Below are positions 27,753 to 38,496 of a stretch of DNA of 64,000 nucleotides, one piece after another. Under the pieces are notes generated by a model that saw nothing but the letters and a program-made list of their open reading frames with translations, did no database searches and was not told where the DNA came from. The first letter of the stretch is position 1, and each line of letters opens with the position of its first letter. The position numbers and the translations under genes were made by a program. The stretch spans positions 41,033 to 105,032 of the forward strand of contig CAXHJY010001681.1 in assembly GCA_964016885.1 (NCBI GenBank), written 5' to 3'. The stretch is from Eledone cirrhosa (Eukaryota).

Positions 27753-27880
27753 AATCTACTGCCAAAGCTAATGTAATTATGATAGCTTTAGCTACTTGAT
27801 AGCAGCAATAGCTAAAATGTAGAGTTGGTACACCAGTGAATTCCACTTATTTTGAACTATGACATGCTTTTCTTACAAAA

Positions 27881-28172
27881 CATCATCATCAACGTTTAAC
27901 GTCCGTGTTCCACGCTTGCATGGGTTTGGACGGGGGTAGTCCCACTTGAGGCAAGAGTGATTGTCTTGCTCGCATAGGACTGTCTGGCAGGTTTTCTACA
28001 GTTGGATGCCCTTCCTAACACCAACCACATTTACAGTGTGGGTCTGGGAGGTTTTTACCGTGTTGCCTACACGGCCACATTACAGCGTGGACTGTGTGTT
28101 TTTTTGTCGTGACACCTACACGATCTCATTTGTTTCGGCCTGGATGGCGCGGCACCAACATAACTTTACATA
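27881..28172 (-). mobile_element. 3' UTR of a sister RTE LINE subfamily (5'-truncated)
   Basis: Near-identical reverse complement of about 47775-48070. (GAT)n tail. Confidence 0.85.
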
Positions 28173-28687
28173 GAACGGGGTGGAAAACACTGAATGCAAA
28201 TTTGTCAGTTTAAAATGTGGTTGTTTGAGACTGTTTTAGATTCTTACATGCAAGTCTTCATATTCCAGGAGAAAAAAAACCTTTGTTTTTTTATGACCTA
28301 ACTACAATTAAATTAAAGTAAAAAAGGAATTGATATAATAAAAAAAAAAATATATAGCTTAGTCAGGAAGAAGGACAAGATCTATGACATTTGCAGCCCT
28401 TCTTAGACTGGTGAGATTAATATTGTTTATGTTCTTGAACATCTATAAATTAATATACACAAGAAAAATGCACCCAAGACGGAGTTCCAGCATATTGATG
28501 TTCTGCTATAGAAGGATTGGGCCAAAAATGTGAGTTTTTAGTCATATGAGAAAAGTAGTGGTGATGATATCTTACAGTACAATAAAAATGTTCTTTATTT
28601 GAGATGTGAAACTTTAATTATAATTGCACAATTATAATATAAATATAGAGACAACATAGAAAAGATGAGTGTACTCTCTCTCTCTCC

Positions 28688-28734
<47 letters not shown>

Positions 28735-30359
28735 GGCCAGTTACTTGACAGCACCCTACCAGCTACATACATCTTGCTGGTTCTCAAGACCAATGAAATT
28801 TGCATACTGGTATGGCACCATTATAGTAACTGGCCTTAATAATTTTATTCAAACTTACCCTACTGACTTGAGTTGCTCTATACCTTGAATTTCTTACCTA
28901 CCTATTACTACTATATACATCCCAAAAGCTTAAAACAAAGACAAGTACCATCTCCTTGCTGTCAATCTACAAATGAAGCCTCAAGTTTTTTCTCATATGT
29001 TAAAATTCCTCAAGGTATTTAAAATCAATATTCTTTCATTTTGTCTTGCCATCAGCTAATTTTTTTGTTTACTTTCTCTGCACTCCTTTACCACATTTTC
29101 CCCCCATTAAATTTTAATCTTTTATGATTAGAGGTGCTCCACAATATGTGGCTATTCCTTGTCTGATACTACTTTAACCCTTTAGCATTTAAACTGGCTG
29201 TATCCGGCCAGAATTCTCTCATCTATTACTGTTCAAACAGGCCGTAACTAGCCACACATACTGAAGTTATGGTATTGTTCTCAAAACAAATAATATCAGA
29301 AGCTCATAGATTCGATATTATGTGAGATATTATATGAGAGAAAGCCTTTTCTGTGAAAATACAATAGTATATAGAGAAGGGTTGAACAGATAGGTGAATT
29401 AACTCAGTGATATGCCCAGAAGCATAGCTACTGCAGTTAAAATGAACAGGTGACCAATGAATTGATAATCTCTCAAATATTTCTCTTCTAAGCTTAACTA
29501 GGATTTGGTGTAATACATTTTTCAGCAATTAGTCCAATAACGTTTTCCCTCCCCACTAATATTTTCTTCCTATTATTATGTCAACAGCAACTCAATATTT
29601 GCTTTCAGAAATGATCAGACTCACTTAATACCAATGCTTTTCTCAAGAACAGGTTGAGCAGAGTCTCTCGTATTACATGTTGACAAAATATTTAAGTTGA
29701 ATAAAAGTGAACCGAAGAATGCATCACTACCACCACCATTTTTATCATGTTTGTTGTGAATAATAGGTAATTTTCAAGATTTCTTGAAAGGAAAAAATTG
29801 GTAGTAGGGTTGGAGCTCTTTTTACTAACAAAAGGTCTTTGAAATATTTAAGCACCCACCACATTACTTGAGGGGCTAGGGGTCATTCTAAGACATTCTT
29901 ATTGTGTATATATATTTTGACTAAAGCATTGTAAAATGTGTTTCATCAGTATATTGTATTTTAGAAAGATTCTTTTTAATTGTCATAATTTTATAGGTGC
30001 AGTTAAGAAGTTTGCTTTGCAACCATGTCTTTCTGGGTTTGATTCTGCTGCAAAGTACCAAGGGCAAGTGTCTTCTACTGATGAACAGATGGATGTACGT
30101 GTTTGTGTTTAAGACTATACTGCATTAAAACGAATGTTGTATTTGTTGTACTATAGTAGTTTGGTAAACAGAGATTGATAAAATAATCAACAGACTGAAA
30201 TAAGTATTGGAATCGATATGATTGAATAGATCTTAAAAGCAGTGCTCCAGCATGGTCACAGTTCAATGATGCTATAAAGATATAATGAATGTAAAAATTA
30301 AGTTTGAAAATCCTAAATTTCAATTGGTATATCATATGTTTCACTATAACCAAATATAC

Positions 30360-30722
30360 ACCCCAATCCACTACCCTATCCTCCCACTCCCACCAAAACC
30401 ACCCTCTCTCTGTAAAGTTGGTACCACAACATCCAGTCCAAATAAATGAGATAATGAGATCGAGATCGTGTAGGTGTCACGACAAAAAAAAACACAGTCC
30501 ACACTGTAATGTGGCCATGTAGGTAACATGGTAAAAAGTTCCCAGTTCCACACTGTATATGTGGTTGGTGTTAGGAAGGGCACCCAGCCATAGAAAACCT
30601 GCCAGATAGTCCTATATGAACGAGACACGGTCACCCAACCAACCTTGCCTCAAGTGGGACAACTCCCGTCTAACCCATGCTAGCGTGGAAGATGGACGTT
30701 AAACGATGATGATAATGATGAT
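30360..30722 (+). mobile_element. 3' UTR of a sister RTE LINE subfamily
   Basis: Matches 47740-48070 and ends in a (GAT)n-like tail. Confidence 0.85.
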
Positions 30723-33694
30723 AAGAAAGCTTGCAGGTGATCAAGTGAAGAGTTGATGCTTTGTATCTTGCCTCAAAAATATCCTGTAACCCTTAATAGT
30801 CCAATTAGGTATCATGCAGTGACTACTGTATAACTATTATTCCACTTTACATCAACTATTGGTCTTAAATCCTACCCAGGGAAGACAAAATGAAACTAAT
30901 CCACTATGTCTGAAGTTCTAATGACTCTACTAATCTGCTACCATTTTACCATATTTTATATTGACAAAGATGGGAAAGGGCATATTTCAGGATTTCTACA
31001 TAAGTACCTAGCAGTCACTAAGCCTGGAAATATTTTGAAGCAGAGAATTAAGTATAGTAAGCTTTTATTAGTAAATAGTTGGAAACACCATCTTAATGGG
31101 GAAACAGAAAATCATTGAGAAATTAAGCCCAATCTTGGTAAAAAGTTTTAATTAGAGAGGAATGAACTTGAATGGGAAGTTTTTTTTTTTAAATCCTTTA
31201 TTTTGTAATATCTTTATTTATTAACATTTCTTGAAATGTTTGAATCTTTGCATTTTAGGTTTTTACAGCCAGTAGCAAGCCCATCTTTTAACACTAACTA
31301 CTCAAATGTAAAGAGGTAACGTATCTGCTGCTATCTAGATAAACAGATGACAAAATTAATTGGGATAGGAATAGAGTGATCAATAATGATAAAATATAAT
31401 TTGATTTAATGAAGTGAGATAAGAAATCAAACTTAATTATCAATATATATATTGCATTTTAGTTGAGAGGAAATGGGAAGATCTAATGGCACTGAAAATT
31501 CATATTGCCACCAGCTTAGGTGTTAATTCCACCAATATTCATCAACCTTTCAACCTTTTACACTTGATGAAAAAAGTACCAGAAAGATTTTAGCAATATA
31601 AATAAATAAATAAATATAGATATTTTTATAATATTACAAAATTCTTTAGATTAGGTACAAAGCCAATTGAATTGCCCTTATTATTTTATATCAACCGAAG
31701 CAAAATTTGAATTTAGGACATCAAAGTACTGAAATACATCTCGGAAAGCAGCTACACTTATATTTTGTGGTAATATCAACCTCAGAAAAAATAACAGGTG
31801 CCTTCCACATAAACATGGTACCTTATGTTTTGTGTGGAGAGAGAGTGGTATAAATTATATTTAATTTCATTGCTTTAGATTCAAAGTGGACAAGAAGAAA
31901 TTCCCAATTAGCACAAAGACATAAATTTGTTGGAGAAGGACCATAGTCCATTAAACTAATATTTTGAAATATGTAGAATATTTTATCTACCCCAGAGAAA
32001 TGAATGGTAACATCAACCTCTGTAGGTTTGAAGTTAAGACATAAAATAGATCAAATTAAAGTCTTTTAGTTCAATATTCTACAATCTCTGACACCAAAAG
32101 AAAAAGAACAATTGATACTGTTTGAACTTTGATATTTCCACTTTGAATCTGAAGCAATGAAATTAAATATAATTTATACCAGCTACTATTGAATTGGCTC
32201 CCATCATTCATACACCCTCCCCCAGCACACACACACGTACGTGTGCAGAATAAAAAAACTGTGAGGAGAAACCCTACACATGGTCCAGCCTGTTCAATGT
32301 AGAAGACAAATCTCCCTCAACTAACTCCCTATTACCTTTAAAATACAAACTATACAAACCAGCATCTCTAATGGTAAGTGCTCTGCTAGCAGTCAAATCG
32401 CCAGCAACAAGGTTTTTGACATCTTTAAAACAGCAAAGCCTTTTGATATCAAACTGTCTGAAACTGCCCCTGATGCTATGATGTGAAACTGTTTTTTTTT
32501 TTTTATATCTAAAACCATTCCATCATAATTTTATGTAAGAACCTTTGTTAATTTGTTTCAAAGACAGGCTTATTAGAAGGCCTAAAAACACTATTAAATA
32601 ACAAGCAAGAAAAATTGTGTACAAATAATAATCTTTTTAATTACACTACATACGATTAACATAGCATTACTATGTAGAAAAAGTAATAAACCCAGTAAAT
32701 CCAACATTAATTACTAAGAAAATAACTTAATATTGTATGTGCATTTATTTTGGTATAAGTGTTACTGAATGTTAAGCAAATAAATACCTTTGTGAAAGCA
32801 TTTACCTGTTTCCAAACAACACACAATACTTCATGTCTTGAAGAGAAATCTTATTGAAAGGACTGGTTAGCAGGAATAACTAGCGAAACATACTAATCAG
32901 ACTGACATGGATCCAAGAAAGACTTTGACGATCACTCCACTAGCTTATAGTTTTTGTCTAGTTTTAAAATCTGCTATCACATGACTGAAATCTTCTAGAA
33001 TGTTCTCAATTAATTCAAGAGCTGAACCCAAAATTTAATATACCAAGTGACAAGCTAATTGTATCCAATGAAAGGGCAATATACAATACTCAAGGCAATA
33101 GACATACATCCAAAGAGAAAGTGTGTTGGAGGATGAGGCAATTTCATTTCTTTAGTGTGTCCTAAGATAAAGCGAGTCCATTCTACACATTTATAAGAAA
33201 AATCAAAAGTTATGGAAGAGTAAAATGTGAAAGTACTTTTATTTGCTAAAGCTACTATAGAACAATATTTCTTTCCTTTAAAAAAATTATAATTGCTACA
33301 ATAATATTGCCATAACAGCAAAAATCAGCTGCCAAGAAATGACAAACAAATGAATCTAAGTTCGAAGATGAAGACAGGAAAAAGGAAGTGAGCTAATTGC
33401 AGTAAATAGTGAAAGAGGGAGAAAAAGAGCGAGAGAGATGAAGAGAAAGAGGGAGAGAGATAGGTTTTGAGCAAAAATAGTTTCGAAAAATGAATAATAA
33501 AAGCAACGTTTTTTTATGAAATTAAAATTGGAATTTTTAAAACAAAGCTATCGATCTAGTTTATAAAGAGATAGCAAAATGAATGGACCTGCTTTTTTCC
33601 TCACTCTCTTCTATCTATTTCTTCCTTAATTTTTCATTCTATTTTTTGAAGAAGGACTAGCGTCTGAAACATTAAGACTCTTTTCCAGCTATAT

Positions 33695-34204
33695 CTATCT
33701 AATTTAATCTATCTAATCTGGCCGAGTCTACACGTGCAAATAAGAAGAACAAGGGCCACCCCAAGGAGCATTGGATTTGGTATACTTCATATTTGTTTCG
33801 GTTGCTGAATACAATCAGGGGTTGCTGCTTCTCCTGAAAGTCAATAGTTCTCTTCTCACTCGAGTGGGAGTGCCTTTCCATTGTCAATTTACATTGATCA
33901 TCTGCAAAGCTACATTGTTCTCAGAAACACTACACCAGTCTTTCGATGTGTGCAGCTGGAACTACTGCTACCCATTGATTTGGCAGGATTTTTTTTTTTT
34001 TTTTTTTTTAGATGGCCGTTGACTCTTATGAGTTCTTCCACCCTTTGTCAGGTTTTGTTTTTTGTCTTGCAGGGTGTCCAAAATGACCCTCCTCCCCAAG
34101 TAAACTTGGACTTGGTGGGGTTGCCGGTTTAGTCGCTGACGATCCGACCATACGACAGGTTGTACTGGGTTACATGCTACCAGTAACACTCAAGAGTGAC
34201 CTGA
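33695..34204 (-). mobile_element. Bipartite non-autonomous retroelement (putative LINE 5' segment, A-run, LINE 3' end with TTAGA-type tail)
   Basis: 33710-33988 is homologous to 37475-37750. An A-run (33989-34009) joins it to a distinct, more GC-rich ~195-bp segment. Confidence 0.55.
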
Positions 34205-34351
34205 CATAGAAACTATATCAAGCATTAAACTAATATATTTTTTCATTGTACTGTGTTGTTTGTTTTGTTATTTCTGTTTACTTTTTGCATATATATATAT
34301 ATATATACAATGATATTAAATAAATGGAAACTATATTTATAAAACCATATT

Positions 34352-34416
34352 TATTTTATTATATATATTTCAAGGGCAACCAAGACAACATTGGTACGCT
34401 TTCATCAGATAAAATA
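34352..34416 (-). ncRNA. Minimal type I hammerhead ribozyme (intact 8-bp stem I)
   Basis: Minus strand reads TATTTTAT-CTGATGA-AAGCGTACCAA tgttgtc TTGGTTGCCCTT-GAAA-TATATA-TA-ATAAAATA: conserved core, imperfect stem II and palindromic stem III. Confidence 0.72.
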
Positions 34417-35832
34417 CAAAGTTTGTTTTATAAATAGAGACATACCCATGAAAATCATACCTTATCCGATGGAAATTCACTGAATAGTGGAAATATATTA
34501 GGGAATATTCAAACTTATGTGTGAATGTGCAAATGAATATGTAAATAATTAAAAAACAACCGTTTATTTAAATGACACTGGAGAAAGAGAGAAAAAATAT
34601 AAAAAATAAAAAATATTACGAGAGAGATAGAAAGAAGAAATTAACAAGAGGATGAATAGAATTCACGTAACGTTAATTTGAGAGAATATATTTTAAGTAT
34701 ATATCTACTAATGGTACGTGTATTTACGATTAATTAGTTGTTAAAATTCTTTTTTAATATAATATTTACTGTTATAAGTAGATAGAAAAATAGATAGAAA
34801 AATAGATAGAAAAATTGATAGAAAAATAGATAGAAAAATAGATAGAAAAATAAATAGAAAAATAAATAGAAAAATAAATAGATAAATAAATGGATAGATG
34901 GGTATATCGTGTTATAGATAATTGTTTTAATGAGTTATAAGGGATATTGATTTAAATTTATTGTAAGTAAATATTAAGTTAAATTAAATTAAGTTAACTG
35001 AGTTAATATTTATATATTTTAAAATGGGAAGATACGGAAAAAACTCCAGTTTTGTTTATTTATTCAATAGTATGAGACTATTTTGTCAAAATAAGTATAA
35101 ATTTTAAAGATATAAATGTTGAAAGATATATTTAGCCTGAATTAGTTAGTGGTTATAAATCTAATAAAAGATATTAAAAATTTTTATTAAAAAATATTAA
35201 AAATTCAGGAATATTTTTTTAAAAATAATTTATAAGAGATAAGTAATTTTTAAAAAAATAAGTAATTTTTAAAAGATAAGTAATTTTTTTTAAATATATG
35301 AAAAATTTAAGAAATAAAAAATAAAGAATTAAAAAATATTAAAATTAAAATTAAAATTAAAATTAAAATTAAAATTAAAATTAAAATTAAAAATTAAAAT
35401 TTAAAAATTAGTATCATATATGTATATATTTTAAGAAACTTTAAGAAGTGAAATTATAGCAAATATAGATATGATTTAGAGATAACAGTATATTAAAACA
35501 GAGTGGATAAGATTGTTATGGAAATAAGTAGAAATATTATAAGTGTAATTATAATTTATGTATAGTTCTAAACATTGAATTTAGGCGATGTCTACAAGAA
35601 CTAAATAAATTTGTCCTTACATTAATAGAGTTCTTACATTTAAGTATGAAGAAAATTTCCTCTTTCTCCAGTGTCATTTAAATATACGGTTGTTTTTCAA
35701 TTATTTACATATTCATTTGCATATTCACACATAAGTTTGAATAATCCCTAATATATTTCCACTATCCAGTGAATTTCCAACCGTTAAGGTATGATTTTCA
35801 TGGGTATGTCTCTATTTATAAAACAAACTTTG

Positions 35833-35897
35833 TATTTTATCTGATGAAAGCGTACCAATGTTGTCTTGGTTGCCCTTGAAATATATATAATAAATTA
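35833..35897 (+). ncRNA. Minimal type I hammerhead ribozyme (second copy, one stem I mismatch)
   Basis: CTGATGA at 35841-35847 and GAAA at 35878-35881, then TATATATA and ATAAATTA. Confidence 0.68.
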
Positions 35898-36031
35898 AAT
35901 ATGGTTTTATAAATATAGTTTCCATTTATTTAATATCATTGAATATTTACTCCAGTAACTTCTTGAGTGCTCTAAATCAGTTATAAACATTTATGTTTGT
36001 CGGACTTCCAACAAATTAAATACAACTTCTA

Positions 36032-36072
<41 letters not shown>

Positions 36073-36344
36073 GATACACTCTAGGGAGTTAATAGTCCGG
36101 AAAATGAAAATCTTATTAACAACTATATCATTTTACCACCTCTATTATAATTACTCCCGATTCATCATAGGTTGAATCTTGGCATTCATTTGTAGGAAAC
36201 AGCTTTTACTCATCCCTCCTGAGCTTTCCTGGTAACAGTAGAAGAAGCATGTAGGGTAAAATCAAAGTGTGTTTTCAGATATGATGTAAAGCTATTGCAA
36301 ACAAGGGCTGTCAATCATCTCAACTAACCTAATTTAATCTATAT

Positions 36345-36510
36345 ATAGCTGCAGGCTTGCCAGTGTGATTAAGAAGTTTGCTTTACAACCGCATAGTTTC
36401 AGATTCTACTTCACTGTAGGGCACCTTGAGCAAGTGTCTTCTACTATAGTATCTGGCTAACCAATACAAGTGAATTTCATAGACAATAACAATGGAAATG
36501 TGTGTGTGTG
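36345..36510 (+). mobile_element. tRNA-head SINE (GGCACCTTGAGCAAGTGTCTTCTACTATAG family)
   Basis: Degraded copies of the same family occur near 25450-25760, 29995-30270 and 49095-49440. Confidence 0.65.
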
Positions 36511-36548
36511 TGCATGCATGCATGTATGTATATGTGTAGAGGGTGTAT

Positions 36549-36878
36549 ATCATCATCATTATTTTACGTCCACTTTTCCCTGCTTGCAAGGGTGGGACGG
36601 GAACTGATTCTGGCTTGATTTCTACAGCTGGATGCCCTTCCAACCTCATTTATAGTGTGGGCTGGGTGCTTTTTTGCCGTGGCACCTCCATGACCACTTT
36701 GCAGTGGAATTAATAGGGACCCCAGTCCTATCATCTCATTTCTACAGCTGAGTAAACTGGAGCAATGTGAAATAAAGTGTCTTGCTCAAGGAAACAACAC
36801 ATCACCCGGTCTGAGAATTGAACTCACAACCTTTCGATTGCAAGGCCAATTCTCTATCCCCTAAGCCATGTGCCTCAT
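36549..36878 (-). mobile_element. Full SINE: tRNA-like head, CORE-like domain and RTE-derived 3' tail
   Basis: The head (GGCACATGGCTTAG...GTGAGTTCAATTC) has A/B-box-like motifs and the centre reads GTTGTTTCCTTGAGCAAGACAC. The 3' ~160 bp match the RTE 3' UTR and end in (GAT)n. Confidence 0.8.
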
Positions 36879-37469
36879 ATGAGTGTGACTGTTTCTGAGT
36901 CTTTGCTGCACATTCAACACAGCTTGCATAAATGGTGACATTTGTTCATGTTCCCTCATCAATATATTCCACAGCTCAGTGGTTCAACATGTGATCAGTA
37001 GTGCCTAACTTAAATGAAAGTAACAGGTGGCAATAAGAAAAGAATCAGGCCATAGAACACTACTTCAAAAAAGCCTTGCCCAACCCATGCCAGTATGGAA
37101 AAATAGATGTAAAAACGGTGGTGGTGGCAGAGGAAGAGAGAGCTAGTAGATCCTTTTTGAAGCAGAAAAAAAGTGTTACACATATAACAATTGCGATGTG
37201 TACTATTGGAAAAGGATACATATTTATGGAAACAAGTTAAAATTATCTGCTTCCTTGACTCTGTATGTATGTTAATAAGCGAATTTGCATATCTAAATAA
37301 AGCTTCCCTTCTCCTTTTTATATGCTTTACCATATTTAAAATAGGAATGACATGAACTCAAACTTCCTACTATAACTTCAATGATACTCAAATTTTATTT
37401 CTCTTCACAACATTTATCACTGGTCCTATTTCCATTATCCTCTGCAATTCACTCTAATAACAAATTCAA

Positions 37470-37908
37470 TGTAATCTAATCTGGCTGATTTTACACTCGC
37501 AAATAAGAAGAACTAGGGCCGCCCCTAGGAGCATTGGATTTGGTGTACTTCATATTTGTTTCAGTTGCTGAATACAATCAGGGATCGCTGCTTCTCCTGA
37601 AGGTCAAAAGTTCTCTTCTAACTCAAGCTGGAGCACCTTTCCATTGTCAATTTGCATTGATCATCTGCAAAGCTACATTGTTCTCAGAACCACTACACCA
37701 GTCTTTCGATGCGTGCAGCTGGAACTACTGCCACCCATTGATTTGGCAGGATCACAACTAATTTCTACAGCTGAGTAAACTGGAGCAACATGAAATAAAG
37801 TGTCTTGCTCAAGGACACAACACATCACATTACCTGGTCCGAGAGTCAAACTCACAACCTTTCAATTGAAAGCCTAATGCTCTAACCACTAAGCCATGCG
37901 CCTTCACC
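37470..37908 (-). mobile_element. Chimeric SINE: same head and core, different LINE-derived tail, 11-bp TSD
   Basis: AACAAATTCAA occurs at 37459-37469 and 37909-37919. 37760-37908 matches 36738-36878, and 37475-37750 matches 33710-33988. Confidence 0.82.
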
Positions 37909-38443
37909 AACAAATTCAAACTAATAGCAAAATCTTTAAAAATCTGAGGTGGAGAACAATATAAGTCTGGAGCTTCCAGTTTACACTGACATTCAGAAGG
38001 TCAAACTGAACTTACAATTGTATTTGCCCAAATTAGCAAAGCCTCACCTCTCAGATGAAATAAGAAGGAACAAAGACTTTAGTATACTTTCTGAAGCTCA
38101 GATATCATACTAAGCAGGTATGTTTTGAAATATTGGCTCAAAGGACTTGCAATGGTACCCAACATTGCCTGCATGCTGAATATGTAGTAAAGGTTGGTTT
38201 TGTTTTCAGTTTGTTATACTGCAAATGATTGATAGATAGTTTTTTTTATGAAGTTCTTTACATATACACTGATTACCAAACATACACTTACAGGCTACTT
38301 GGTGACAGACAAGGGCTTGCAATTACTGGTGGTAAATGGCAATGATGATTATATACATATATTCACTTTGAGTATTGAGTAATTTCAGTTGCCAACCATA
38401 TACGGATGTGTGTGTGTGTATATATATATATATAATGTATATG

Positions 38444-38490
<47 letters not shown>

Positions 38491-38496
<6 letters not shown>

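Larger units (their letters stand above)
34308..36030 (+). mobile_element. Truncated Penelope-like element with inverted partial pseudo-LTR, flanked by (TA)n
   Basis: About 34308-34590 is the reverse complement of about 35660-35941. The interior retains decayed GIY-YIG C-terminal motifs (NFKK, TEWIRLLWK, RCLQE). Each arm carries a hammerhead motif. Confidence 0.8.

Noticed and set aside
38389-38490. N-terminal extension of the 858-aa ORF
   Set aside because: It is read-through of a (TG)n/(TA)n microsatellite. The LINE begins at 38491.
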